In this document: positions 29,705-38,065 of the stretch, piece by piece
Position numbering within the stretch: the stretch's first letter is position 1
Layout of the letters: each line of letters opens with the position of its first letter
Position numbers and translations under genes: made by a program
NCBI GenBank assembly: GCA_041694885.1
Contig: JBGFRX010000016.1
Location: 86 to 64,085, forward strand
Reading direction: 5' to 3'
DNA from: Candidatus Micrarchaeota archaeon
Lineage (GTDB): Archaea > Micrarchaeota > Micrarchaeia > Anstonellales > Bilamarchaeaceae
Length of the DNA: 64,000 bases
The notes under the pieces: model-generated
Told to the model about the DNA's origin: nothing
The model's database searches: none
Seen by the model: only the letters and a program-made list of their open reading frames with translations

Positions 29705-29728
29705 GAAGTCCGGGCATAATACGTTTAC

Positions 29729-29795
29729 GTGATGACATGAACAACCTCTGTCAGCATTCGGAAGAATGCTGGATGATGAGGCTAACAGCGTCTGA
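29729..29795 (+). ncRNA. Box C/D methylation guide sRNA
   Basis: C GTGATGA, 12-nt guide, D' CTGT, hairpin CAGCATTC-GGAA-GAATGCTG, C' ATGATGA, 12-nt guide, D CTGA. Confidence 0.85.
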
Positions 29796-29878
29796 TGGCT
29801 TTTCTTTATATAACGAAAATCCAGGAAAAAAAGGAGCAAAGTCCAATACAATCTTGGCTTTTTCCTTGGGAAGAAGGA

Positions 29879-31060
29879 TTACCCAAGTGCAGAAGAGATC
29901 GAATTCTTGACCCCCTTTGAAAGGCGAAGGAGGTGGTTGAGGCCGAACATGAAGTTGAATTCCTTGTCGCTCTCGAGTTTTTTCGCTATGTAAACAGAAT
30001 CCATGAGCCCGATGGACGCGCTGAGATGGATATCCTGGTAGATAATTTCAGCTATCTGGTTTCTTAGCCGTTCCGCAACTGCGAGGGAGTTCTTTCCGAT
30101 AGAGTTGAAAAGAACTATCACGAACTCGTCGCCGTGGAGGCGAATTCCGAAGTCTGCATAGTCGGGGCGCGTAGGTGAAAGGTCAATGCATACGTTTCTT
30201 ATATGTCTTACAATGCGGTTTGCGGCCAAGCACAGCCCTGCATCGCCCGCATGATAGCCGTAGGTGTCGTTGATAAGTTTGAAATTGTCCAGGTCCATCA
30301 GGAGAACGGAAAACGTGTAGTCGCGGTTCAGCCAGTGCCTTATGCTCGGTATTATCTCATGCTCGAAAGCGGTGCTGTTGAGCAGAGAGGTAAGGGGGTC
30401 GAACCACCCTTCCATCATGGACCTGCATTTGCTTGCCGCGCTGGCTGCAAACTTGAGCAGGAACGGTATGTCGTCAGGCGCATGCTTATGGATGAATAGT
30501 CGCTTTCCGGCTTGCCCTTCCACGACAAAGGAACCGAGAAAATTGTTGCCGCTGTAGACAGGCATTGAAAGTAGGTCAAATTCCGCGGCTTGGTCCAAGC
30601 GCAGATGGGTAACATTTCTTGCAGGTGGCGAAAAAAGGTACGCATCTTTTCCGCTTATGAAAATGCCTTCAGAGCACTCATGACTCGGCACAAAGTCCAT
30701 TTTTGGCAGGTTTTTGCCCTCGTCTTGGTTTGAGTAGGAATAAAAAAGCTTTAACGGCGTACCGCGTATGTAAAGGGAAGTGCCTCTCGCGTTCCTGAAA
30801 CTTTCGTAAACGATTCTCGTGAAGTTCTTGCGCTTCCACGTATCTACAACAAGAGCATTGTCCATGGCCTCGCCACGCTCATAAAGTTCGGCTTTCTGCC
30901 CCTCTGACATTCTGAGAAAATTGCGTTTAAGGGTTTTCCTCTTTACCCTGACGCTTGGGCTGCCGGTTGCCGAGACCAGCGCGCAACACTTGTTTGCGCG
31001 GGCTGCGCTCAGCTCTGCGAGAGGCCTGTGCAGGAAGCATTCTACAGGTGCCATAAGCAT
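29879..31060 (-). CDS. GAF-like plus GGDEF domain protein (HGDEF variant)
   Basis: DPLTSLLN, LLMDLDNFKLINDTYGYHAGD, RLHGDEF, AERLR, SASIG; start uncertain (31054-31069). Confidence 0.85.
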   Translation of the reverse strand: MLMAPVECFLHRPLAELSAARANKCCALVSATGSPSVRVKRKTLKRNFLRMSEGQKAELYERGEAMDNALVVDTWKRKNFTRIVYESFRNARGTSLYIRGTPLKLFYSYSNQDEGKNLPKMDFVPSHECSEGIFISGKDAYLFSPPARNVTHLRLDQAAEFDLLSMPVYSGNNFLGSFVVEGQAGKRLFIHKHAPDDIPFLLKFAASAASKCRSMMEGWFDPLTSLLNSTAFEHEIIPSIRHWLNRDYTFSVLLMDLDNFKLINDTYGYHAGDAGLCLAANRIVRHIRNVCIDLSPTRPDYADFGIRLHGDEFVIVLFNSIGKNSLAVAERLRNQIAEIIYQDIHLSASIGLMDSVYIAKKLESDKEFNFMFGLNHLLRLSKGVKNSISSALG

Positions 31061-31154
31061 ATTATACACAGAAAGGTTTTAAATGCTGTGTGAAAATGTA
31101 AAATAACGAGTAGGTGGGTAAGACATTATAAAGCCATTTGCGGTTTACACCTTC

Positions 31155-31757
31155 ATGCTCAAAAACAGCGAATTCGGAAAGGAGGCGTCGCGGCTTCTTG
31201 GGAAGGTGTTCAAGAACATTCCGCTTCACCCCAACATAATAACGGTGAGCGCAGCGGTTTTCGCGTTCCTTGCGTACCTTGCATATGGATATGACGGATG
31301 GTATGCGTTCGGCCTTTTTGCTCTCGCGTTTTTCGTGGACGCGGTAGATGGCGCGGTTGCAAAGGCAAAGGGAATGCAGACAAGGAAAGGCGCGTTCCTG
31401 GACGGGATAACCGACCGTGTGGTGGAGTTTTTCATAATCCTTGCACTGCTGAAGGCGCCCATACCTTTCCTCCTCCTGGAAAAAACGCTCTGGCTGCTGC
31501 TCATCCTTTTCTTCGGGACAGGGATGACGAGTTTCGTGAAGGCATATGCGGAGCACACCGAGGTAATGCACCACGCAAGGACAGTGAAAATGCCCGGAAT
31601 GCTCGAACGGGCGGAAAGGGGGGCGTTGCTCATGCTCGCGTTCCTGCTCGTGCTCTTTCGGAGCGAATTTTCCGCAGCAGTGATCATGTTCACCGCAATA
31701 CTGTCCTTCCTCACATTCGTGGAACGACTTTTGGCAGTTATGGGATCCAAGGAATGA
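31155..31757 (+). CDS. CDP-alcohol phosphatidyltransferase
   Basis: PNIIT, DAVDGAVAK...GAFLDGITDR, ERAER. Confidence 0.92.
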   Translation: MLKNSEFGKEASRLLGKVFKNIPLHPNIITVSAAVFAFLAYLAYGYDGWYAFGLFALAFFVDAVDGAVAKAKGMQTRKGAFLDGITDRVVEFFIILALLKAPIPFLLLEKTLWLLLILFFGTGMTSFVKAYAEHTEVMHHARTVKMPGMLERAERGALLMLAFLLVLFRSEFSAAVIMFTAILSFLTFVERLLAVMGSKE

Positions 31758-31760
31758 ATC

Positions 31761-33311
31761 ATGGAAGATGAAACTGAACGCACTGCAGTGGCTGGCAAGA
31801 GCGCGAAAGGAGTGCTGTTGAATATCGCCGCAGTAGGAGTTAGTAAGGGAAGCGGCCTGCTTTTCTACATACTTCTACTCCGGGTCGTGACTCCTGATGA
31901 AGGAGGGATATATTTCCTTTATCTCGCTGTTGCCGGCATCATCGGCTTAATCGGCGCGTTCGGGATGACGGACTCGCTCGCGAGGTTCATACCTTTTTAC
32001 GAGGGCAGCGGAAGGAAGCACAAAGTAAAGCCGCTCATCTACACTGTTCTCGTCTCGTTCGCTCTCTTTTCCATAATTATGGCAATTGCGTTGACTGCCG
32101 GGACAGGGCTCCTTGCACAGTATTACAGTAAGGCACTCGCAGCAATAGTGCCGTTAATTATTGCAGGCGGCATCGTTCTCTCGCTCAATTCTTTATTGAT
32201 GTGCACCCTGCTCGGGCTGAAAAGGTTCGGGGAAAGCGCTTTCTATTCTGCCTCGCAGCCGGTGCTTAGGTTCGGCCTTGCGGCGCTATTTTTCTACTTT
32301 TTGGGAGGAGGGCTCGAACAGGCGATATACGCTACGGTGCTATCGGTACTCCTCGTAAATGCGGCGATGGCGCTCTCGCTCTTCCATCGCCTGCGCAGCT
32401 ATCCTGGGAAAATCGGACTACTTGCGCCCAAAGAAAGTCTGGAAATCGCCTATTATGGTGCAGCCGCAGGGTTCAACCAATTCTACTCATCCATAATGAG
32501 CTGGACAGATACTTTTGTGCTCACGCCCTATGTGGCAGCGTCGGTCGTGGGCGCATACAATGCTGTGCTCAACATAGCAAGGACGCTCATGCACAGTGTC
32601 TCCGGGCAGATATTCGTAATACTCAATTCCATGCTCTCGCACCTCCATGGGACGAAGTCAGGAATATTCGGGCCGCTCGCAGGCAATGCGGCACGTTGGA
32701 GTGTGTATATCACCCTCCCGATAGTAATAGGGGGGATATTCTTCGCGAAGGGGCTTACGGGATTGCTTTTCCCGGTTTATGCTGATCATTACTGGCTGCT
32801 ATACGCGTTTATTCCCGCGTTTTTCGCAGCGAGCATATCCTTTCCTGCAAAGGGCGCGCTTTCCGCAGTGGGCAGGAGCGATTTGCTGTTCAAGTCAACG
32901 CTGGCTGCACTCGTGCTCAACCTCGTACTCAATGTTCTGCTTGTTCCCAAATACGGAGTAGTTGGCGCGGCCTTCGCGACCTCACTCACCTACGTTTTGG
33001 GGGAAGCGCTCGCTGTCTTTTATGCGATCCGGCTCGCGAAATTCTCTTTCCATCCTCTTCTTGTGAAAACGCTCGTTCCTGCAGGAGTTATGGCTGCTGC
33101 GCTCGCGCTTTCCTACAATTACCTCTTCGATTTTTCTGCGCGCGGCTGGGCGCTCGAAATCATGGGAATGGGGCTCGCGTCCTTGCTTTCCGGGCTTATA
33201 TATGCAGCAGCGCTCGTGAAAACAGGGGGAATGAACAAGACGGACTATAAACTCGTGGAAAAAACAATTGCAAAGGTCTCGGCAACAATTGAATTCATTC
33301 CTCAAAAATAA
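31761..33311 (+). CDS. MOP-family flippase / polysaccharide export protein
   Basis: About 14 TM segments, TDTFVL, NLVLNVLLVPKYGVVGAAFAT. Confidence 0.88.
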   Translation: MEDETERTAVAGKSAKGVLLNIAAVGVSKGSGLLFYILLLRVVTPDEGGIYFLYLAVAGIIGLIGAFGMTDSLARFIPFYEGSGRKHKVKPLIYTVLVSFALFSIIMAIALTAGTGLLAQYYSKALAAIVPLIIAGGIVLSLNSLLMCTLLGLKRFGESAFYSASQPVLRFGLAALFFYFLGGGLEQAIYATVLSVLLVNAAMALSLFHRLRSYPGKIGLLAPKESLEIAYYGAAAGFNQFYSSIMSWTDTFVLTPYVAASVVGAYNAVLNIARTLMHSVSGQIFVILNSMLSHLHGTKSGIFGPLAGNAARWSVYITLPIVIGGIFFAKGLTGLLFPVYADHYWLLYAFIPAFFAASISFPAKGALSAVGRSDLLFKSTLAALVLNLVLNVLLVPKYGVVGAAFATSLTYVLGEALAVFYAIRLAKFSFHPLLVKTLVPAGVMAAALALSYNYLFDFSARGWALEIMGMGLASLLSGLIYAAALVKTGGMNKTDYKLVEKTIAKVSATIEFIPQK

Positions 33312-33942
33312 GCTTCGTTTGCTTAATGTTCTCGAGCGTTTTCCATTTTTTCCTTATATGCTGCGCCGCCTTCATCAGATTTTCCTTGCTTTTGAGAAAC
33401 GCAATCGTCTTCGGGTCGCTCGGGTAGCCTGAGCCGAAATCCCCAACTTCCTTTTTTATCTCCTCTATTTTCGTGTCACGCAGTACCTTCGCGCATATGC
33501 TCGCTGCAGCCACTATGGGATGGTTCTCGTCTGCATTGTGCTCTGCCTCGTACTTGCTTATGCCGTAGCGCTCCATCCTCTTCGCGAATACCCAGGAATA
33601 GCGGTCAGGCAGGTCTATCTTCACGCTAATCTCGCCGCCTGCGCTCTTCCTCTGGCTCTTTATCAGCTTCGCGATGAACATCGCCTCTATCTCGTTCAGC
33701 GTCTCCTTTTCCATGAGTTTGTTCAGGGTTTCCGCGCTCAACTCCACGAAATTTATTGATCCGATAGCTTTGAGCTCCCTGAAAATTTCCTTGCGTTGCG
33801 TGGCGCTGAGCTGCTTGGAGTCCTTCCTGCACAATGAATTTATCCTTTGTTCGTTCTCGCCGGAGCACGAGAATATCGCTATCACTAACGGCCCTATTAC
33901 CGGACCCCTTCCGGCCTCGTCTATGCCTGCGATAAGGACCAT
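33295..33942 (-). CDS. rnhB: Ribonuclease HII
   Basis: GIDEAGRGPVIGP, DSKQL, VAAASICAKV, GSGYPSDP. Confidence 0.96.
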   Translation of the reverse strand: MVLIAGIDEAGRGPVIGPLVIAIFSCSGENEQRINSLCRKDSKQLSATQRKEIFRELKAIGSINFVELSAETLNKLMEKETLNEIEAMFIAKLIKSQRKSAGGEISVKIDLPDRYSWVFAKRMERYGISKYEAEHNADENHPIVAAASICAKVLRDTKIEEIKKEVGDFGSGYPSDPKTIAFLKSKENLMKAAQHIRKKWKTLENIKQTKLIFEE

Positions 33943-34023
33943 GAATGGATAAGAATTAGAAATTATATAAGAGTTGGCTTTTCAAGCCAATCGTCTGAAA
34001 AGAAGGTTTGATAATGGAAAAAA

Positions 34024-34284
34024 CTATTCGTAAACAAGATTTCTTTTCTCCACTATGACGAAGTCGCCCACTGCGGTTACTGCCTCATAGGGAATGTGAA
34101 TCATCCCATCTTCCTTGCGAAGCTTGTTCGCGCTCTCGCTGTCGGGGTTCGCCTCGAGCACGAGGTTCTCTATCTTTCCCGTAATTTCGTTGATGTTCAC
34201 GTCAACGAGCCGCCCGAAATCCTCTCCGTCGTTCGTTATTATTTTCTTTCCTGAGAGCTGCCTTGCGATAAGGTACTTTGCCAT
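34024..34284 (-). CDS. PRC-barrel protein (archaeal CdpB-like)
   Basis: LSGKKIITNDGEDFGRLVD, IPYEAVTAVGDFVIV. Confidence 0.85.
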   Translation of the reverse strand: MAKYLIARQLSGKKIITNDGEDFGRLVDVNINEITGKIENLVLEANPDSESANKLRKEDGMIHIPYEAVTAVGDFVIVEKRNLVYE

Positions 34285-34504
34285 TAAGATCACCTGCGGG
34301 TTCTACTGCTCTTAGATATCTGGCAATATCTTTAAATTATTGCCTGGTGCCAGTTCCTCGTATTGTGGGGAAGCGGAACTATATAAAAGGGAAAGGTTTT
34401 TAAATTCGAGTTCGCTGTTTTTTCAAAAAAACAGGAACGAATTGCTGCAAAAAAACCTATTAATTTATAGAGTTACGAGGATATTATGCGAGCAGGTGGG
34501 AAAA

Positions 34505-35506
34505 ATGATGAAGGTGGCGATTTCCGGGTTTGGAAGGATCGGCAAGATGTTTCTCAAGGCAGCTATAGCGCAGGGCGTTTTGGGCAGGGATTTCGAAGTG
34601 ATCGCGATAAACACGCGGAGCGCACCTGAGATGCATGCGCACCTTTTCAGGTACGATTCCACGCTCGGGAGGTTCGACGGAGTGGTGGAGGTGAAGGACG
34701 GCCTCTTCGTGGTGAATGGCCACAGGATAAAATGGATACAGGAGACCGACCCGCTCAAGCTGCCGTGGAAAGAGCTCGAGATTGACGTTGTGCTGGAAAG
34801 CAGTGGCGAGTTCAGAAAAAGGGAGGAGGCGGAGAAGCACCTCGTCGCAGGCGCGAAAAAGGTCCTCATATCAGCACCTGCGAAGGAATGCGACGCAACC
34901 ATAGTTCCAGGAGTAAACGACCACCTGCTCAACCATGAGCACAAGGTATTTTCGCTCGCGAGCTGCACCACGAACTGCCTTGCGCCTGTTTTGAAGGTTC
35001 TGAATGAGAACTTCGGAATCGAAAAGGGGTTCATGAGCACTGTGCATGCGTACACCAACGATCAGAGAATTTTGGATGGAAGTCACGACGACTGGAGAAG
35101 AGCTCGGGCTGCTGCGGTGAGCATAATCCCCACCACTACTGGGGCTGCAAAGACGATAGGGGACGTGCTTCCTGACCTCAAGGGAAAATTGGATGGAATT
35201 GCCTTCCGCGTTCCGGTCCCTGACGGCTCGCTCAATGATATCGTTGTTTTGGTGAAAAAGGAAACAGATGCAACGGAAGTGAATGACGCGCTCAAAAAGG
35301 CGAGCGAGAACGAATTGCGCGGAATACTCGCTTACACAGAGGAGCCGCTCGTTTCGCGCGACATAATCGGAACAAGGGAAAGCGCAATAGTGGATGGAAC
35401 GCTCACCAGGGCGCTCGGAAATCTGGTGAAGGTCTCGGTATGGTACGACAATGAATTTGGATATTCCAGCCGTCTTGTTGATTTTGTGAAGAAATTCGCG
35501 AAGTGA
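34505..35506 (+). CDS. gap: Class I (bacterial-type) glyceraldehyde-3-phosphate dehydrogenase
   Basis: GFGRIG, YDSTLG, ASCTTNCLAP, TTTGAAK, WYDNEFGYS. Confidence 0.96.
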   Translation: MMKVAISGFGRIGKMFLKAAIAQGVLGRDFEVIAINTRSAPEMHAHLFRYDSTLGRFDGVVEVKDGLFVVNGHRIKWIQETDPLKLPWKELEIDVVLESSGEFRKREEAEKHLVAGAKKVLISAPAKECDATIVPGVNDHLLNHEHKVFSLASCTTNCLAPVLKVLNENFGIEKGFMSTVHAYTNDQRILDGSHDDWRRARAAAVSIIPTTTGAAKTIGDVLPDLKGKLDGIAFRVPVPDGSLNDIVVLVKKETDATEVNDALKKASENELRGILAYTEEPLVSRDIIGTRESAIVDGTLTRALGNLVKVSVWYDNEFGYSSRLVDFVKKFAK

Positions 35507-35546
35507 ATGCATGAAAAAAACAGATGCAACGGAAGTGAATGACGCG
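35262..35546 (+). repeat. 29-bp exact duplication (35262-35290 in gap; 35518-35546 at uppS start)
   Basis: AAACAGATGCAACGGAAGTGAATGACGCG twice; both encode TDATEVNDA. Confidence 0.9.
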
Positions 35547-36251
35547 TTGGAAAACGTTCCAAAGCACATCGCCATCATCCCTGACGGCAACAGGAGATGG
35601 GCGAAGAAGAGAGGCATGACCTTAGTTAAGGGCTATGACAAAGGCATAAGGAAGATAGGTGACGTAATGAAATGGTGCAGGGAAGAGGGAGTACGCACCC
35701 TAACGATGTGGGGTTTCTCAACGGATAACGCGAAAAGGAATCCGGAGGAGATAAACAAGCTATTCATGCTGTTCAAGAAATATCTTGCCCGGATTCTTGC
35801 AGAGGAGAAGAAAAAGGGCGAGGGAGAAAGGAAAAAATACGATGTGCGCGTGAGATTTTTGGGAAGGTGTGAGCTCTTCCCAAATGAAATAAGGGAGGCG
35901 ATGAAGAGAATAGAGGAGCTGAGCAAAAACAACAGGACATACCAGCTCAACCTTCTTCTTGGATACGGGGGGAGAGAGGAGATAGTGAACGCAGTTAACG
36001 CGATTATCAAGGAAGGGATAAAGGAAGTGGACGAGGATACGATAAGCAGCCACCTTTATACTGCTGGAATCGAGGATCCTGATCTGATAATAAGGACGAG
36101 TGGTGAGCAGCGGCTTTCCGGACTTTTGCCATGGCAGAGCGCCTATAGCGAGTTCTATTTTTCCAGGAAGCTCTGGCCCGACTTTTCCAAAAAGGACTTC
36201 GCCGAAGCGCTCAGGACCTATAAAAAAAGAATGAGGCGGTTTGGGAAATGA
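35511..36251 (+). CDS. uppS: cis-prenyltransferase (UppS family)
   Basis: PKHIAIIPDGNRRWA, FSTDN, YGGREEI, PDLIIRTSGEQRLSG. Confidence 0.96.
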   Translation: MKKTDATEVNDALENVPKHIAIIPDGNRRWAKKRGMTLVKGYDKGIRKIGDVMKWCREEGVRTLTMWGFSTDNAKRNPEEINKLFMLFKKYLARILAEEKKKGEGERKKYDVRVRFLGRCELFPNEIREAMKRIEELSKNNRTYQLNLLLGYGGREEIVNAVNAIIKEGIKEVDEDTISSHLYTAGIEDPDLIIRTSGEQRLSGLLPWQSAYSEFYFSRKLWPDFSKKDFAEALRTYKKRMRRFGK

Positions 36252-36568
36252 GCAAATTGATCAGAATGGGGAACAAAACATTCGAATGCGAAATCGCTGA
36301 AACGTTTTTCGGGAAAATGAAGGGCCTGATGTTTTCCAAAAGAAAAAACATCCTCTTCATCCTCGAAAACGAAAAAATATTTCCCATACACTCCTTTTTT
36401 GTGTTCTTCCCTTTCGACGCGGTTTACATCAATTCGAAAAAAAGGGTTGTGGAAATAGTGCGGAACATCGCACCCTTCACGCTTTGCGTTGAAAACAACA
36501 AACCGGCGAAATATCTGCTCGAGCTGTGCGAAAAGAACGATTTGAAAGTCGGGGACGAACTGAAATGA
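36248..36568 (+). CDS. DUF192 family protein
   Basis: AETFFGKMKGLMF, IHSFFVFFPFD, AKYLLEL. Confidence 0.85.
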   Translation: MSKLIRMGNKTFECEIAETFFGKMKGLMFSKRKNILFILENEKIFPIHSFFVFFPFDAVYINSKKRVVEIVRNIAPFTLCVENNKPAKYLLELCEKNDLKVGDELK

Positions 36569-36584
36569 AGAGCGGAATGATAAA

Positions 36585-37988
36585 ATGATAAATGTCGAAA
36601 GTGGCGGCAAAACCGGAAACCCGGAACGCGAAACGTCCGGAAGAAGGCAGGAGACCGGTCTGGGCTGGCGCATAACAAAGGAAGGCGATTACATGATAGA
36701 CCTTCCCCCGCTCAGCAGAGACGAAGAGGCCGCGATAGCCGCAGCAGAGGAAAAATTCAGGTTGCTCGCAGGAGAAAAAAGGATTGATTCTGAAAGTGTG
36801 GGGCGCGAACTCGCGGAAACGATTGCGAAAAACGCTGAGACAGAAGGAGTGCTTCTCGATTCCGAGCAGAAGGCATACCTCGCAAAATATGCGAAAATGC
36901 ACATCTATGGCTTTGCGTTCCTTGACGAACTTATTGGGAAGGACGAGATAGAAGAGATAAGCGTGATAGGGGTAAAGAAGCCAGCATACGTTTTCGTGAG
37001 GAAGCAGGGATGGCAGAAGGTAAATGCTGTTTTCGAGGACGAGAAGACGCTCATGGACGTGATAAACAAGATGGCGAGAGGAATGGGGAGGAGGATAACC
37101 CTTCAGCAACCGCGCCTGGACGCGATGCTTCCGGACGGTTCGCGGCTCCATGCTTCGCTCCACCCGCTATCGCAGGGCGAGATAACGATAAGGAAATTCA
37201 GGTACCTTCCGTTCTCGCCGAAGGAGATAGTTGCACTTGGCACTGCAGATTACAGGGCGATGGCTTTCCTCTCCATGCTCATGCAGACAGACAATTCGGT
37301 GCTCATAGCTGGAAATACGGCAAGCGGAAAAACGACCACGCTCAACGCGCTTTTTGCATTTGTCCCGAAAAACGAGAGGGTGCTCATAACCGAGGAGACG
37401 CCTGAGATAAATGTTCCGCACGAGCACCAGGCGCGCCTTGTCGCGAACAGGGACATGGGGATAACGCTCAAGGACCTTGTTTACGATTCGCTGCGCATGC
37501 GCCCGGACAGGATGATAGTAGGCGAGGTGAGGAATAAGGAAGAAGTCGAAGCGCTCTTCGACGTGCTTCTTGGAGGACAGGCAAGGGGCGCGTACGCCAC
37601 GTTCCATGCGCAGAGCGCGGACGAAGCGCTGCTCCGGCTCGGAAAATTTGGAATACAGGAAACGGACATGTGCAGCATTGATGCGGTTGTTGTACAGAGG
37701 AGGATGCTCCTGTACGACGCGAAGAAAAAAGCCGCGAACGAAACCAGAAGGATAGTGGAGATTGCGGAAATCGCGGATAACGCGAAAACGAAAAAGATAT
37801 TTTTCCTCAAGGGAGGAAAATGGGCTTACGCGCCGGGCGTGCTGTGCGCCCGGCTCGCCGAGAGTTTCGGGCTGAGTGCAGGGGAATTCGCAAGGGAGAT
37901 GGCCCAGAGGGAGAAATGGCTCAGGAGTGCCAGTGCGGACTTCAATTCGTTTTTCGAGGACGCGCAGAAAAAACTCTACAATATGTAG
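36585..37988 (+). CDS. Type IV pilus/secretion ATPase (CpaF/VirB11 family)
   Basis: LDAMLPDGSR, TIRKF, GNTASGKTT, LRMRPDRMIVGEVR, ATFHA. Confidence 0.92.
   Translation: MINVESGGKTGNPERETSGRRQETGLGWRITKEGDYMIDLPPLSRDEEAAIAAAEEKFRLLAGEKRIDSESVGRELAETIAKNAETEGVLLDSEQKAYLAKYAKMHIYGFAFLDELIGKDEIEEISVIGVKKPAYVFVRKQGWQKVNAVFEDEKTLMDVINKMARGMGRRITLQQPRLDAMLPDGSRLHASLHPLSQGEITIRKFRYLPFSPKEIVALGTADYRAMAFLSMLMQTDNSVLIAGNTASGKTTTLNALFAFVPKNERVLITEETPEINVPHEHQARLVANRDMGITLKDLVYDSLRMRPDRMIVGEVRNKEEVEALFDVLLGGQARGAYATFHAQSADEALLRLGKFGIQETDMCSIDAVVVQRRMLLYDAKKKAANETRRIVEIAEIADNAKTKKIFFLKGGKWAYAPGVLCARLAESFGLSAGEFAREMAQREKWLRSASADFNSFFEDAQKKLYNM
36609..36657 (+). repeat. Heptamer array in ATPase N-terminus
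   Basis: AAAACCG GAAACCC GGAACGC GAAACGT CCGGAAG AAGGCAG GAGACCG. Confidence 0.6.
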
Positions 37989-38065
37989 CTGCTGTGGTTT
38001 ATTTCGGGCGGAAAAAATTTGAAACTGTCGGTAGATTTTTAAGCAGTTACGCGGGCGAATAAAAC

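Noticed and set aside
29675..29851. N-terminal extensions in the ORF track (rbkR, rrp42, secY, gap, rps8, MNT, glyS)
   Set aside because: Homology, SD and TATA positions favour downstream ATGs; the extensions cross promoters or sRNAs
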